From positions 1-64,000 of the IMG/VR virus record IMGVR_UViG_3300042923_000601: a DNA stretch of 64,000 nt; one strand, 5' to 3'. The position numbers were made by a program, and so were the translations under genes. Shown here one piece after another: positions 27,952-37,909 of the stretch; the stretch's first letter is position 1, and every line of letters begins with the position of its first letter. The notes beneath the pieces were generated by a model that was given only the letters and a program-made list of their open reading frames with translations, ran no database searches and was not told the origin of the DNA.

Positions 27952-28575
27952 CTATTGTTCGATACGATACGCTTTCAGGATCGTAGACAAAATATCTTGT
28001 GCAGAAGACTTAGGGATAGTTACCCATTTATAGTACATTGTCACAGGGCCTTTCTTAACAAGATGGCTGTGGACCGGGTATTGATCCGGGTGAATGTTGC
28101 TGAGGATAAGTCTCTGTACAACGCGATCAGTCGCATACTGCTCACACGCAGCGTCATCCAATTCGCCGAAGTTGGCATTCTGTGCAACGAATGTGTATTT
28201 GCCTTCTAATTGTCTCTCTATATTAAGAAGTGACATGTTGACATATTGAGGTTCAATGGATATGACTTCATCGAACGTCGTCCCAATTAATGAGTCATAG
28301 GTAATGCCGTCATATAGGGTATTAATGACTGGGCCAATGCCATCGCGGATTGTTTTGATCGTTGCTTGCAGTTCAACGATACGGGCGGACTGATACATAC
28401 CCGGTAATAGGTATTCTGCTTGAATTAACGCATATGCCAGGTTCTGCCTAGCGACCTTAACACAATCTGTGGATAATGTGTCATCATTAAAGCACTTCCG
28501 TGCGGCTTGCTGGTATGCGTGAAAACGAATGTCTAGCCGATTGAGTAGTCTCGCCGACTCTATTTCGATATGCAC
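27952..28575 (-). CDS. Hypothetical protein
   Basis: 207 aa, GTG start after GGAGGG. Confidence 0.7.
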   Translation of the reverse strand: MHIEIESARLLNRLDIRFHAYQQAARKCFNDDTLSTDCVKVARQNLAYALIQAEYLLPGMYQSARIVELQATIKTIRDGIGPVINTLYDGITYDSLIGTTFDEVISIEPQYVNMSLLNIERQLEGKYTFVAQNANFGELDDAACEQYATDRVVQRLILSNIHPDQYPVHSHLVKKGPVTMYYKWVTIPKSSAQDILSTILKAYRIEQ

Positions 28576-28614
28576 TATTTATCCCTCCAGATAATCATAG
28601 TATATTTTCATATC

Positions 28615-28624
28615 GATAATATGT
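28615..28624 (-). promoter_or_regulatory. Putative early promoter
   Basis: ACATATTATC 40 nt before the 28575 start. Confidence 0.45.
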
Positions 28625-28685
28625 CATTCGAAATCCAAGTAGCAAAAAAAGAAGGAACTCCGAAGAGTTCCTTGGTATGTATGTC

Positions 28686-29306
28686 TTAGACGGCTTTAGC
28701 ATTAGCCTTAAGGGATGCAACCATGCGTTCCACACTTCTCCAGATGTCATCACCTTCGCCACGTAAAGCTTCAGCTTCTTCTTGATTAGTCGTTTGTGCG
28801 GCCATCAGATTGCATTCGGTATACGCGAGAGCGCCTTGCTTTTTGGTCAGCCAGATGACAAACCCATACTCTGGTCTAGTCACGATTTTGACCTTCTCCT
28901 GTTCTGTCATATCATTCATGATGTTGAACGTGTACTGGAGAACGTCAGCGGCGAAATCCTGGAAATGATGAACCAGTGCTAGTAAGTTCTCCAGTCCATT
29001 TGGAGTGCGACCAAGGCGTAGCGTCACATTCTTCAGCCGGAAAGCTTCAGCCAATTTGATTTTCTTGTACACGTAATCCAGCATCTTATAGTCGCAGTGA
29101 CGGGCGTACATCGCCGGTGTACTACGAATCATGTTAGCAAACTGCTTATACACGATACTGTCATGCTCAATCAGACCAAGCGCAGCCAGATCATTCAACC
29201 CTGCGATGAAACAATCCTCAATAAATGAAGATTTATTATGCGGCGATACCACAATTAAGAATGAGTCCTTGAGTGCAATGGTGTTCAATTTAATCTTTTT
29301 AGACAT
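28686..29306 (-). CDS. Hypothetical protein
   Basis: 206 aa with AGGGAGGA RBS. Confidence 0.7.
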   Translation of the reverse strand: MSKKIKLNTIALKDSFLIVVSPHNKSSFIEDCFIAGLNDLAALGLIEHDSIVYKQFANMIRSTPAMYARHCDYKMLDYVYKKIKLAEAFRLKNVTLRLGRTPNGLENLLALVHHFQDFAADVLQYTFNIMNDMTEQEKVKIVTRPEYGFVIWLTKKQGALAYTECNLMAAQTTNQEEAEALRGEGDDIWRSVERMVASLKANAKAV

Positions 29307-29337
29307 GTGTAAATCCTCCCTAAAAATATACTATGAG

Positions 29338-29371
29338 TATCATATATAACCAACTTAGCACTTTTTTACGG
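29338..29371 (-). promoter_or_regulatory. Bipartite early promoter
   Basis: CCGTAA-N18-ATATATGATA, 32 nt before the 29306 start. Confidence 0.6.
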
Positions 29372-29434
29372 AGTGCGAATTTGAATGTTATCGTGATACT
29401 CATAGAAATGATATATCATTGTCGAACCTGATTC

Positions 29435-29875
29435 TTACGGTTTCTTGGAAGCCTTGGGGCTCATGGGTGAAGGTACGATAACCTTCGAGTTTGAGCGGCT
29501 TAAGATAGCCTGACGATCCTTCACGATCTGTGCGATTACCTTACGCGGGATACCAAGCTTGCTTGAAATGTACGTCATGGTCAACCCCTGAGTGTACATT
29601 TTAAAGATTTTGTCAGTCTGGCCCTCATCCAGGTTGGCGGCTACCGCTGGCTCGTTTGGACGGACAATCGTCATATGCACAATAGACCCATCTGGCATAT
29701 CACGATGAACTTCCACCATTGATCCTGCAACGGTTATTTTTGCAGGCCCTACCAGTTCGCCAACCGTTAAATTAACAATAGAATTCGGTATAATAGGCCC
29801 AGTCGGCCCTTTCTTTTTAGCCATTATAATCATTCTCCTTGTATTAAGATGGTATTGTATAGTTTTACCATTCAT
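29435..29875 (-). CDS. Putative HTH DNA-binding protein
   Basis: IFKMYTQGLTMTYISSKLGIPRKVIAQIV looks like a helix-turn-helix; start probably near 29824 (AAGGAG). Confidence 0.55.
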   Translation of the reverse strand: MNGKTIQYHLNTRRMIIMAKKKGPTGPIIPNSIVNLTVGELVGPAKITVAGSMVEVHRDMPDGSIVHMTIVRPNEPAVAANLDEGQTDKIFKMYTQGLTMTYISSKLGIPRKVIAQIVKDRQAILSRSNSKVIVPSPMSPKASKKP

Positions 29876-29940
29876 ACATTAATACCGGATGTAACTACAA
29901 AAAAGAAGACCTCATGAGAGGTCTTCTCTACTACCAGGTA

Positions 29941-32379
29941 TTAGTATCTCATTCTGTCGGATTTCGATTTCTTACCCTTCTTGTCTTTCTTAAATTTAGG
30001 GTACATATTCATACTCATAAGAAGGTTCTTCAGTTCTTTACGATCTTTCTTGGACAGATCAGGAAACAAGTCCTTAATCGAACCGAATTCACTCTTCTTA
30101 TTATCAGTCGGTTCTTGGTCCGGTGTATCACCTTTAATCACAACGAGAGATTTAATCTTCCGAAGTTTATTGAGGCTTGCCACCTCGATCAGAGAATCCG
30201 TACGACTGGCCTCAGTGTACACCCGAGAGATAATGGAGGTCTGTTCAGGTACACTAAGCATGCTGAACACATTAGGGACGAGCTTCTCTACCTCGATCGG
30301 TTCACCCCATGCCACGTTGGTTTCCACCTTCTCAAGAATAGCAATGTACACCAGATTGAGCAGGCGGGATGGATTAAAGAGGCGAAGATTTGTAAATGTA
30401 TCCGAATCAATGTTAAGTTCACCAAGCGCTCCAATTAAAACACCCAATTGGGTTCTTGGGAAGTAGTATGGATGCACAATATCACCGTCAATATCAGCCT
30501 GTGCTCGAAGTACTTCGGCCGCAGAGTGAGTTGCCCCGTGAATAAAGGTGGATGCTAGGCCGGTATTTGAATACCAGACTTGCTTATCATCAGAACGTAT
30601 TGGTTTTGGGGCACTGCTGATTCTTGCATCGATATAGTTAATCAGCCCCTGACGTTCGTCTGGGTATAAGATGTCGCTTACCGCAGCAACGTCTGGGTTC
30701 TGTGCAGTAATACGAATTGTACCAGCATCCTTATCCAACCATGACACCCGAATGGCGGACTCGTCATCCCATACATAAGTATGCGCACCCGTGTCACCTG
30801 GCGTTGACAGTGCTGTCATCAACCAGCGATGGATGTTATCACATGCGATGCTGAAGTACGTCATAACCTTCGTATCGGTATCACCGTCAGGTTCGTCGGA
30901 ATCAACATCGACACTACCATGTGTAGCACCGGCCATCGTGAAGTAGAAGGACCCAGCTCCATCATATTCAAGGCCGAATACCGACGTGCCCGTATTGTAC
31001 ACTCTGGAGCCCGGAGGGTTGAGCGAATCATACCCGGAGTCGGATTCAGTTAGCTCATCGTCAGGCTCTTCATCTGGGGCAACCAGATCAACAGCCTCGG
31101 TAGTCATTGTACCAACTTGGTATGCGATAAGCTCAGATAGACAGTTTACCACGTTGGAAACTTCGTCCGCAGTCATACGAATGCCAATTTCAGTCTGCTG
31201 CACTGAGTTCAAATTCTCACTATTATGACCAACGACAGTTAGAATGATGTCTCCGTTGTCACCATGCTCGGTTATAGCAACCTGACTAGCGGGCGCAATC
31301 CATACAATACGTGCGATCAATGCTGTTTGCCAGTCTTCAGTCAGAAGGGCATGGAGATCAACCAGCTGAGGAGTTGTCGGTTTCATCTCAATGATACCGG
31401 CGGCCATATGGATAACATCACCATCAATAGTAAACGACAGGTGCTGCCCACTACGGAGTGGGATTACCTGTGTCTCGGATGATGGCTGCGGATCGATTGG
31501 GTTCCCTTCCGCATCAATGATATGCAAGTACCGCGCGTTGATCAGTTTCTTCACAGCTGCACTCAACCGCTCAACATCTTCAGTTGTTGCAGCCGCAGCA
31601 TAATTATCAATCTCAACGACGTGCATATCAGGACCCAGAGACCGAACTGCCCATTGCGCGCCACTCAGTTCCGGTATATTGCTACTGAACGCTGCACTTT
31701 TCAATGCACGTCTGAATACGATAAGATCATATCCAGTGAAGACTGCGGACGCAGTATCAGTTGCGACCAGATACCCACGAACCAAAGCTGCGTTCTCAGG
31801 GTCTGTTTCAAACCAAACCTGAGTCCCACTTGCGAACTCGGTTCCGTATTCAAACATTTCCTTCACCGTCTGCTTTTGATTATTCATCTCGCCCTCATCC
31901 TCATCGTCAGTATTTTGTGTTAGTACCGATTCAAAAGACGACACTGTGAGTTCATCGTCGTTGATGGATTCGATATGCTGGATCGCAGAGGAAATAGTTG
32001 CAATCACGCTCTCAATTCCGGATACGTTGAATTTAGTATTGAATGAGATGAAAGAACTTTCGCCTTCACCAATCCATACAAAGTGTACCCGGGTAAGTCC
32101 ACCATAAATGAGCTCGCTCCGCATTTCAATATCGTCGGTGAGCTTAAGCGTGCGTTCTGGGCGATCCTTCCGGTCAACGAATACATCCATAATCATTCTG
32201 AGCATTGTAGGTTTAACCTGAACGAGGTAGCTGTTATACAGCTCTTTGCCGGACCGACCACGTACATACCCACTTCTAGGAGTGTAGAAATATAGGGATA
32301 CGGGCTTGCTGTTCCCATGCATTTTAGTACCTGCAGGGACGACGATTTCAACAAACGGTTTATTCTTTGTAGCTGGCAT
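29941..32379 (-). CDS. Large acidic hypothetical protein
   Basis: 812-aa ORF with TAGGAGG RBS; no recognised motif. Confidence 0.8.
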   Translation of the reverse strand: MPATKNKPFVEIVVPAGTKMHGNSKPVSLYFYTPRSGYVRGRSGKELYNSYLVQVKPTMLRMIMDVFVDRKDRPERTLKLTDDIEMRSELIYGGLTRVHFVWIGEGESSFISFNTKFNVSGIESVIATISSAIQHIESINDDELTVSSFESVLTQNTDDEDEGEMNNQKQTVKEMFEYGTEFASGTQVWFETDPENAALVRGYLVATDTASAVFTGYDLIVFRRALKSAAFSSNIPELSGAQWAVRSLGPDMHVVEIDNYAAAATTEDVERLSAAVKKLINARYLHIIDAEGNPIDPQPSSETQVIPLRSGQHLSFTIDGDVIHMAAGIIEMKPTTPQLVDLHALLTEDWQTALIARIVWIAPASQVAITEHGDNGDIILTVVGHNSENLNSVQQTEIGIRMTADEVSNVVNCLSELIAYQVGTMTTEAVDLVAPDEEPDDELTESDSGYDSLNPPGSRVYNTGTSVFGLEYDGAGSFYFTMAGATHGSVDVDSDEPDGDTDTKVMTYFSIACDNIHRWLMTALSTPGDTGAHTYVWDDESAIRVSWLDKDAGTIRITAQNPDVAAVSDILYPDERQGLINYIDARISSAPKPIRSDDKQVWYSNTGLASTFIHGATHSAAEVLRAQADIDGDIVHPYYFPRTQLGVLIGALGELNIDSDTFTNLRLFNPSRLLNLVYIAILEKVETNVAWGEPIEVEKLVPNVFSMLSVPEQTSIISRVYTEASRTDSLIEVASLNKLRKIKSLVVIKGDTPDQEPTDNKKSEFGSIKDLFPDLSKKDRKELKNLLMSMNMYPKFKKDKKGKKSKSDRMRY

Positions 32380-32398
32380 AATTAATTCCTCCTAGTAT

Positions 32399-32842
32399 TT
32401 AGCGTTGAACAAGTGAATTATCCGACACGACGGTTGGGATGAGCTGTTCATTGATGAAGTACTCAACACCCGTTGCAATGGTCTTAGCCGTATCAGCGTC
32501 AACCACGTAGTTAGACATGAGGTAATCCGTGAAATACTTGCGTATGGTAACATGTTGAAAATCGTCAATGCCGCGAGTGTCGAGAAGTTCAGGCATGGGG
32601 GAATTGGCGTTTAGTTGATTCAACACGTCCCGTACATTTAACCCAGCCGGTACGTAGTCAGGAACCTCCGCCTCAGTGATATTTTCATAATCAGCATTGA
32701 AGCTATCCTCAACGTACTCCAGTCCTTCAGTCGGAAGATCACTAGCTAACGCTTCCGCATATGCATCATCAACATCTGCTGCTTCAATCCGCATGGTGGT
32801 TGCCACCTGCCATGACACTGGCACCTCAAATACTTTACTCAA
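32399..32842 (-). CDS. Hypothetical protein
   Basis: Start revised to TTG 32842 after TAGGAGGAG. Confidence 0.7.
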   Translation of the reverse strand: MSKVFEVPVSWQVATTMRIEAADVDDAYAEALASDLPTEGLEYVEDSFNADYENITEAEVPDYVPAGLNVRDVLNQLNANSPMPELLDTRGIDDFQHVTIRKYFTDYLMSNYVVDADTAKTIATGVEYFINEQLIPTVVSDNSLVQR

Positions 32843-32898
32843 TATAACTCCTCCTAAATAGTAGTATATAGTAATGACCTGGTGGTCTGTTACTCGGG

Positions 32899-32908
32899 TA
32901 TAATATAT
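32899..32908 (-). promoter_or_regulatory. Putative early promoter
   Basis: ATATATTATA 57 nt before the 32842 start. Confidence 0.55.
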
Positions 32909-32959
32909 ATCCTGAACCAAAGATTACCCAACATGGACTTTTCCATGTTGGGTATAAGG

Positions 32960-33274
32960 TTAACCAATGTAATCAGTTAAACCTGCTGTATAGTTGATAT
33001 ATAGGATCACTGCTGTCAGTGCCATCAACACATCAGGTCTCGCTAACCGATCAAACATTGGGTGGTGGTCCTCCTCGGCATCCGACGCAATCATACATAC
33101 AACTACGATGGGAACAAGGAGTATACCACTTGCTACGATAGCCATCATCTGTGGTGTATTGGCTGAACCTCGGACACATGCGACTAAAAGCAGCACTCCG
33201 ACGATGGTCCAGCCCAGATGACGAACAACAAAATCCAAAATCGAAGCCCAATTCACACGTCTTAGCAAGGTCAT
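32960..33274 (-). CDS. Small membrane protein
   Basis: Three hydrophobic segments; AAGGAGAG RBS. Confidence 0.65.
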   Translation of the reverse strand: MTLLRRVNWASILDFVVRHLGWTIVGVLLLVACVRGSANTPQMMAIVASGILLVPIVVVCMIASDAEEDHHPMFDRLARPDVLMALTAVILYINYTAGLTDYIG

Positions 33275-33313
33275 AAATCAATCTCTCCTTCATAGTGGGT
33301 GTGGGTGCATCAA

Positions 33314-33347
33314 TATAATATGTAACTCTACTTATACGTTTGTACGG
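33314..33347 (-). promoter_or_regulatory. Bipartite early promoter
   Basis: CCGTAC-N18-ACATATTATA, 40 nt before the 33274 start. Confidence 0.65.
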
Positions 33348-33397
33348 CTGTAGAAAAAAAGAGAAAACTGGACTACCACGGTAGTCCAGTTGAATGT

Positions 33398-33937
33398 TTA
33401 CGAGAATAGTTCCAATAATGCAGGTTCATCGCGTGTAAAATTCGGTGAGGCTGGATCAGGTAAAATCACATTCCGGATATACCGCACCGGCTTACGTGTA
33501 TCGTTGAGGATAACCTGTTTACCCCGTATGCATATCGTCGTGAATCCTTTACGAACCACTATAATTCGGTTTGACCCTGTGTACTTTGAGGCTACACTGA
33601 GTTTACCATCTGAATTCACGTGTGGTTCAGGGAATAACACCTTGATAGCATCCTCTATTCTCGAATTGGTAAAGAGAACACGTTCTTTACCCTCACGTGC
33701 TTTGTGTAGCTTGTCAGAATACGTTACGTGTTCTTCGATTGTAGTACCCATCCATATCGGACGAACGGCGGCTTGAGCTTCATCATCCGAAAGGTGTGAA
33801 TCGTTAATGATCACCCTCCCTGAACGTATAAAGATCATCCGCCCGTCATATATGCGTAGTTGTACCACCATGGGACGGTCAGCCCCATGCATGATACTGA
33901 AATGATAGCCCGGTCGATTTACTCGAAATGCTGGCAT
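33398..33937 (-). CDS. Hypothetical protein, paralog family B
   Basis: Shares SRIEDA.K..F and RIIVVRKGF...IRGK..ILN with 34624-35175. Confidence 0.7.
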   Translation of the reverse strand: MPAFRVNRPGYHFSIMHGADRPMVVQLRIYDGRMIFIRSGRVIINDSHLSDDEAQAAVRPIWMGTTIEEHVTYSDKLHKAREGKERVLFTNSRIEDAIKVLFPEPHVNSDGKLSVASKYTGSNRIIVVRKGFTTICIRGKQVILNDTRKPVRYIRNVILPDPASPNFTRDEPALLELFS

Positions 33938-33954
33938 CTTAAATAGCAGCTCCT

Positions 33955-34578
33955 TTATTTAATTAGTGATTTGCCATCATCAATGATGAAGATAAATTCG
34001 CGATCGACATCGTCATTGACTTCGATGATACGTCGGGTTTCAGCCTCCACATCATCTACACGGTGGAATACTGCAATGTAGCGATTAACCCATTCTTTCG
34101 ATTTTCCGGTGATACTGCACAGCCACGCTCTCGTAATAGATAAGTGACTGTCAAAGATGACAATCATAGTATTTTCATGCATCATCTCAACTGCTATTGA
34201 GATTGCCAGTCGGGTTTTCATGTGCCCGGCCAGTCCTAAAATAACATTAAGCGCACTTCCTGGTAAACTAAAGGAAACTGCAATCTTCTTAATGCCTTCC
34301 GGGATAGCCACAGGTCCCTTACCCATTGTCATGATGGGAATATCATTCTCAATAAGATTCTCACCGTGAGACTTTACAATGCTCGCAGTCGTAACATCTC
34401 GTGTCGTACGAGTGATAACTGCGGAGCCAGCGGCACTTAATAGCGGTGCGCTACCAGACGGAAGATCACTGGTGAAAGACAGACTATTCTCAGCCATGCG
34501 GGTGTATGAGGAAAGCTCCAAATTCACAATCAGCTTATGACGAGCCATAACTGTTTCATTTGTTGAGTTAAACGCCAT
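33955..34578 (-). CDS. Degenerate RecA/DnaB-like P-loop protein
   Basis: GLAGHMKTRLAISIA (Walker A-like) and FIFIIDD (Walker B-like). Confidence 0.45.
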   Translation of the reverse strand: MAFNSTNETVMARHKLIVNLELSSYTRMAENSLSFTSDLPSGSAPLLSAAGSAVITRTTRDVTTASIVKSHGENLIENDIPIMTMGKGPVAIPEGIKKIAVSFSLPGSALNVILGLAGHMKTRLAISIAVEMMHENTMIVIFDSHLSITRAWLCSITGKSKEWVNRYIAVFHRVDDVEAETRRIIEVNDDVDREFIFIIDDGKSLIK

Positions 34579-34623
34579 TATAAATCTCTCCTTTAAATAT
34601 GGTATTAATTACATGTATCCCCA

Positions 34624-35175
34624 CTATTTCGAAAATATCTTCGTCACCAGCCACTCTGTCAGCTCAGGTATGGGTTGCTCAGTTTCCATCGCCGCATTAA
34701 CAATGGTCATGATATCAGTGTCTGATTTATTACTGGTATTAAGTAGCATCTTCTTCCCACGAATGACCACACTGTCGTAGCCTTTACGTATGATAATCAT
34801 TCGTTTAGTACCTTGCTCTACAGTTAGGCTATGCTCCAAACGAAGTTCATGCACGCCTTTGAATACCGTTTTGGCTGCATCCCGTATACGACTTTCCGAA
34901 AGTATATCCGGCGTCTTACGAGGCTGATTGTTTAACTGCCGGTTATGGTTGACTTGTGTTTCAAGCGCAGTATCTACCCAAATACGCTGGATTTCTTTCC
35001 GGATAATAATTGGTGGTAATACAGTATCGTTGATCAGAATTTCCTTTCCCCTCATAAGGACAGTGCGACCATCACCCTTTGACCGAAGCAGGTACACAGT
35101 CTTCTTACCACTATAATCCATTTGAAATACAAACTCTCCATTATCAAATCTGTAAACTCCCAATTGACTACACAC
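34624..35175 (-). CDS. Hypothetical protein, paralog family B
   Basis: SRIRDAAKTVF and RMIIIRKGY...IRGKKMLLN. Confidence 0.7.
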   Translation of the reverse strand: MCSQLGVYRFDNGEFVFQMDYSGKKTVYLLRSKGDGRTVLMRGKEILINDTVLPPIIIRKEIQRIWVDTALETQVNHNRQLNNQPRKTPDILSESRIRDAAKTVFKGVHELRLEHSLTVEQGTKRMIIIRKGYDSVVIRGKKMLLNTSNKSDTDIMTIVNAAMETEQPIPELTEWLVTKIFSK

Positions 35176-35228
35176 CCTTTAATTTAATATAGTAAAAAGA
35201 CTACCCAGTTAAGGGTAGTCTAATTGTA

Positions 35229-35843
35229 TTATTGCATGCCTGTGTGACCAAATCCATTGACACCGCGTTCGGTTTCGGAAAACTCTTCGCGGGATTTGGG
35301 TGTAAATTGCCCTTTAATCCGGTTCTGGATGACCAGTTGGCATATCCGGTCTCCATACTTGATGGTAAATGGTTCATCAGAGAGATTCTTCAGTGCCACT
35401 TTAACCTCTCCCCGATAATCGGGGTCGATGGTCGAAGTACCAGTCAGAAGAATAACTTGAAGCTTACTTGCAAGCCCACTGCGGGCCCGGATTTGGGCTT
35501 CAAGGTGCTCTGGAATTTCCATAAAGATACCCAGCGAGATCAGCGTTTTAGCGCCGGGTTCCAGTACGATTTCATCAATCGGTGTTTCAGAGCCGTCAAG
35601 TTCCTCGATAACGAGGTATGCTTTGGCATCTGCACCGACAGCAAATTCATTGGAGTATTTAGGCATGAAATTAGGGTCTTTCGCAGCAACCCCAATCTCA
35701 TAAGACGGGATACCGAGTTTACGGCTCATGAGGAGGTCGAAACCGTCCTCAAGGTCGTCAACGGCGCGCATTATATTGTGCATATCGCGCCGAAGTGCTC
35801 TCCACTGACGTGGAAAACTTGTAATGTCTTTGATCAGTCCCAT
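35229..35843 (-). CDS. dut: Trimeric dUTPase with N-terminal extension
   Basis: AVGADA (I), RSGLA (II), TIDPDYRGEV (III), GDRICQLV (IV), RGVNGFGHTG (V). Confidence 0.95.
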   Translation of the reverse strand: MGLIKDITSFPRQWRALRRDMHNIMRAVDDLEDGFDLLMSRKLGIPSYEIGVAAKDPNFMPKYSNEFAVGADAKAYLVIEELDGSETPIDEIVLEPGAKTLISLGIFMEIPEHLEAQIRARSGLASKLQVILLTGTSTIDPDYRGEVKVALKNLSDEPFTIKYGDRICQLVIQNRIKGQFTPKSREEFSETERGVNGFGHTGMQ

Positions 35844-35846
35844 GAA

Positions 35847-36623
35847 TTAATCTACATCCTCTCCCATGATATCGTTCACATCCGTAATGACCATAATGTT
35901 AGGATCATTAATCGGATAGACTTCGTCGTCAAACACGACGATTGCTTTCCCCTCCGGAGATAACGGATCGCGGGCTCCTTTCTTATCGAAGAAAATGAGT
36001 CCAACGTTCAGGTCGAATATCCCGGAATACTCATCCATCTTGTTGAATGTCATGCGGCTCTGATGCTCAAGGTGTTTCCTTGCATTCGCCTTGTCCGACA
36101 CTTTTGCCCAGCGAGGGCTGTAGGCATTGAAATCAAGCTGCTTCATCCATAGTGCAATGCGCAGTGCTTTCATACCAAGATCATCGTGTTCGGTAATTTT
36201 CGGGCGGAAGGTTTCACTGACCTTCAGGTCCATGGCATCAACATCTTTCAAGTGCTGAATGAGACTACTATTAATTGTCTCTGGCGTGATAGAAAATATT
36301 CTGTCGATGTGGTAGATTTTCTTTTCCTTATCTGTCCGAGGTCTAGCCACGAACATGTTTTCACCATCCATGTAGATACCGGGCTCGTGAATTTGCTTCG
36401 GCTTCTTCCCACGGAATGGTAAGATAAATGGTAAGCGAGCGACCAGTCCTCCCGGTGCTGTAAATCCAAAGGTATATGCGTTTCCTTCCTGCAAATCAGC
36501 TTCTGTGGTGTAGGGGTATACCCGGTACATAAATTCACCAAAGCTGATAATTTTGTTAGACAACTTCACTTCATTCGCCCCCAATAGTAGACTGTCACCA
36601 GCCCCGATCATGATGATTGCCAC
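35847..36623 (-). CDS. Hypothetical protein
   Basis: 258-aa ORF coupled to neighbours. Confidence 0.7.
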   Translation of the reverse strand: MAIIMIGAGDSLLLGANEVKLSNKIISFGEFMYRVYPYTTEADLQEGNAYTFGFTAPGGLVARLPFILPFRGKKPKQIHEPGIYMDGENMFVARPRTDKEKKIYHIDRIFSITPETINSSLIQHLKDVDAMDLKVSETFRPKITEHDDLGMKALRIALWMKQLDFNAYSPRWAKVSDKANARKHLEHQSRMTFNKMDEYSGIFDLNVGLIFFDKKGARDPLSPEGKAIVVFDDEVYPINDPNIMVITDVNDIMGEDVD

Positions 36624-37383
36624 CTAATGATGACCGGGTCTGGAGTTTGGATATGGATGATTCCTCTTGCTTTTTCGGTTCCTTATAGACCGGTACCATA
36701 TCGACGTCGAAATCTGTCAGAAAGGATTCTGAGATTTCTACTTCATGTACTCCGATTTCTGCGCTCTGCAAATAGGTTACCGCTATTAACCCTGCTAAAT
36801 GGAAATCGAATCGGTCAACTTCTCGAACCAATGTGTCAAAGGTGTTAATAGGTATTTGTATCGGATTATAGGATCGCGCATCAAGTGTTATTGACACGCC
36901 TTCTTCCCCATGGTCTTCACCCTCTCTTTTAATCACACAAGGCTTCAAGGTCACCACTTTACCCTTGTAGGGCTGGAATTGTGACTGAAAGCTTCTGTAT
37001 TTAGAATTAATCTTTACTGGACGGTCATCGTCATCATACTCAATGAGGTCGTCCATTTTAAGAACGTTTTGAATATACTCTTTACATACAGCTACAAAGA
37101 AGTCTCGGTTATTGAGATTGATAACGACAGACTCCAAGTATCCTTCCCCTTCCTTATTCTCTAAAACGAGAATAGAGGAATGCGTGAGCCGAAGTGTCGA
37201 CACACGCGGAGGGTCTTTATACGTTGACTTTCGTTTAAATTCAGCATGATAGTATAGCCGTTTCCCTTCTTTATCCGCATAGGACAGCCTAACTTTATGG
37301 GTAAGGTTAATTCGCCTGCCTAGATAAAGAGGAATAACTGTATTAATGCTATCTACATACTCCCTCGGTGTCAGTTTGATCAT
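36595..37383 (-). CDS. Hypothetical protein
   Basis: 262-aa ORF coupled to neighbours. Confidence 0.7.
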   Translation of the reverse strand: MIKLTPREYVDSINTVIPLYLGRRINLTHKVRLSYADKEGKRLYYHAEFKRKSTYKDPPRVSTLRLTHSSILVLENKEGEGYLESVVINLNNRDFFVAVCKEYIQNVLKMDDLIEYDDDDRPVKINSKYRSFQSQFQPYKGKVVTLKPCVIKREGEDHGEEGVSITLDARSYNPIQIPINTFDTLVREVDRFDFHLAGLIAVTYLQSAEIGVHEVEISESFLTDFDVDMVPVYKEPKKQEESSISKLQTRSSLGGNHHDRGW

Positions 37384-37687
37384 TCGGTTCCTCCGTTGGT
37401 GATAAGGTTAACGTCAATACATGTAAGATTTCCTCAGCTCCAGCTAATGCTTCCAATACTCTCGGGTGAGTTGCGTCAAGCTGTTGACAAAAATCCAGAT
37501 ACCATTCTGCAATGATAGGTGGAGTTGAGAACGCTGACGGGATACCGAGTTTAAACCGCCACTCCAGTATATCCTCGTAAGTAGTTACGTTCATGTCTAA
37601 TAAGTAGTAGATCAACTCTTCAGACCTAGACTTAAACGGCTGTCCCGTCGACTTGTACCAATTTTCAGACGGTACTAACCTTAGCAT
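37349..37687 (-). CDS. Hypothetical protein
   Basis: Probable start ATG 37687 overlapping the stop of the upstream small ORF. Confidence 0.6.
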   Translation of the reverse strand: MLRLVPSENWYKSTGQPFKSRSEELIYYLLDMNVTTYEDILEWRFKLGIPSAFSTPPIIAEWYLDFCQQLDATHPRVLEALAGAEEILHVLTLTLSPTEEPNDQTDTEGVCR

Positions 37688-37827
37688 GCGCCAAACCACC
37701 ATGGGTATGGCATGTATCTCGGACCTGTACCATATAGCTTGGCATAAACCATCGTCATATCCGGACGAGGTTGGGCTGTATTACATCCCGTGCTTATCAC
37801 ATAGAACGTTCGGGTACCTTTTCTCAT
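37681..37827 (-). CDS. 48-aa protein missing from the ORF track
   Basis: AAGGAG RBS; MRKGTRTFYVISTGCNTAQPRPDMTMVYAKLYGTGPRYMPYPWWFGAC; promoter motif 41 nt upstream. Confidence 0.55.
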   Translation of the reverse strand: MRKGTRTFYVISTGCNTAQPRPDMTMVYAKLYGTGPRYMPYPWWFGAC

Positions 37828-37867
37828 CAGTGGACAACTCCTTTAGGGTCGATTTCACGTTCATTAC

Positions 37868-37877
37868 TATAATATAT
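37868..37877 (-). promoter_or_regulatory. Putative early promoter
   Basis: ATATATTATA 41 nt before the 37827 start. Confidence 0.55.
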
Positions 37878-37909
37878 TATTTAATATTGTGTCTCGACCC
37901 CTATTATTT

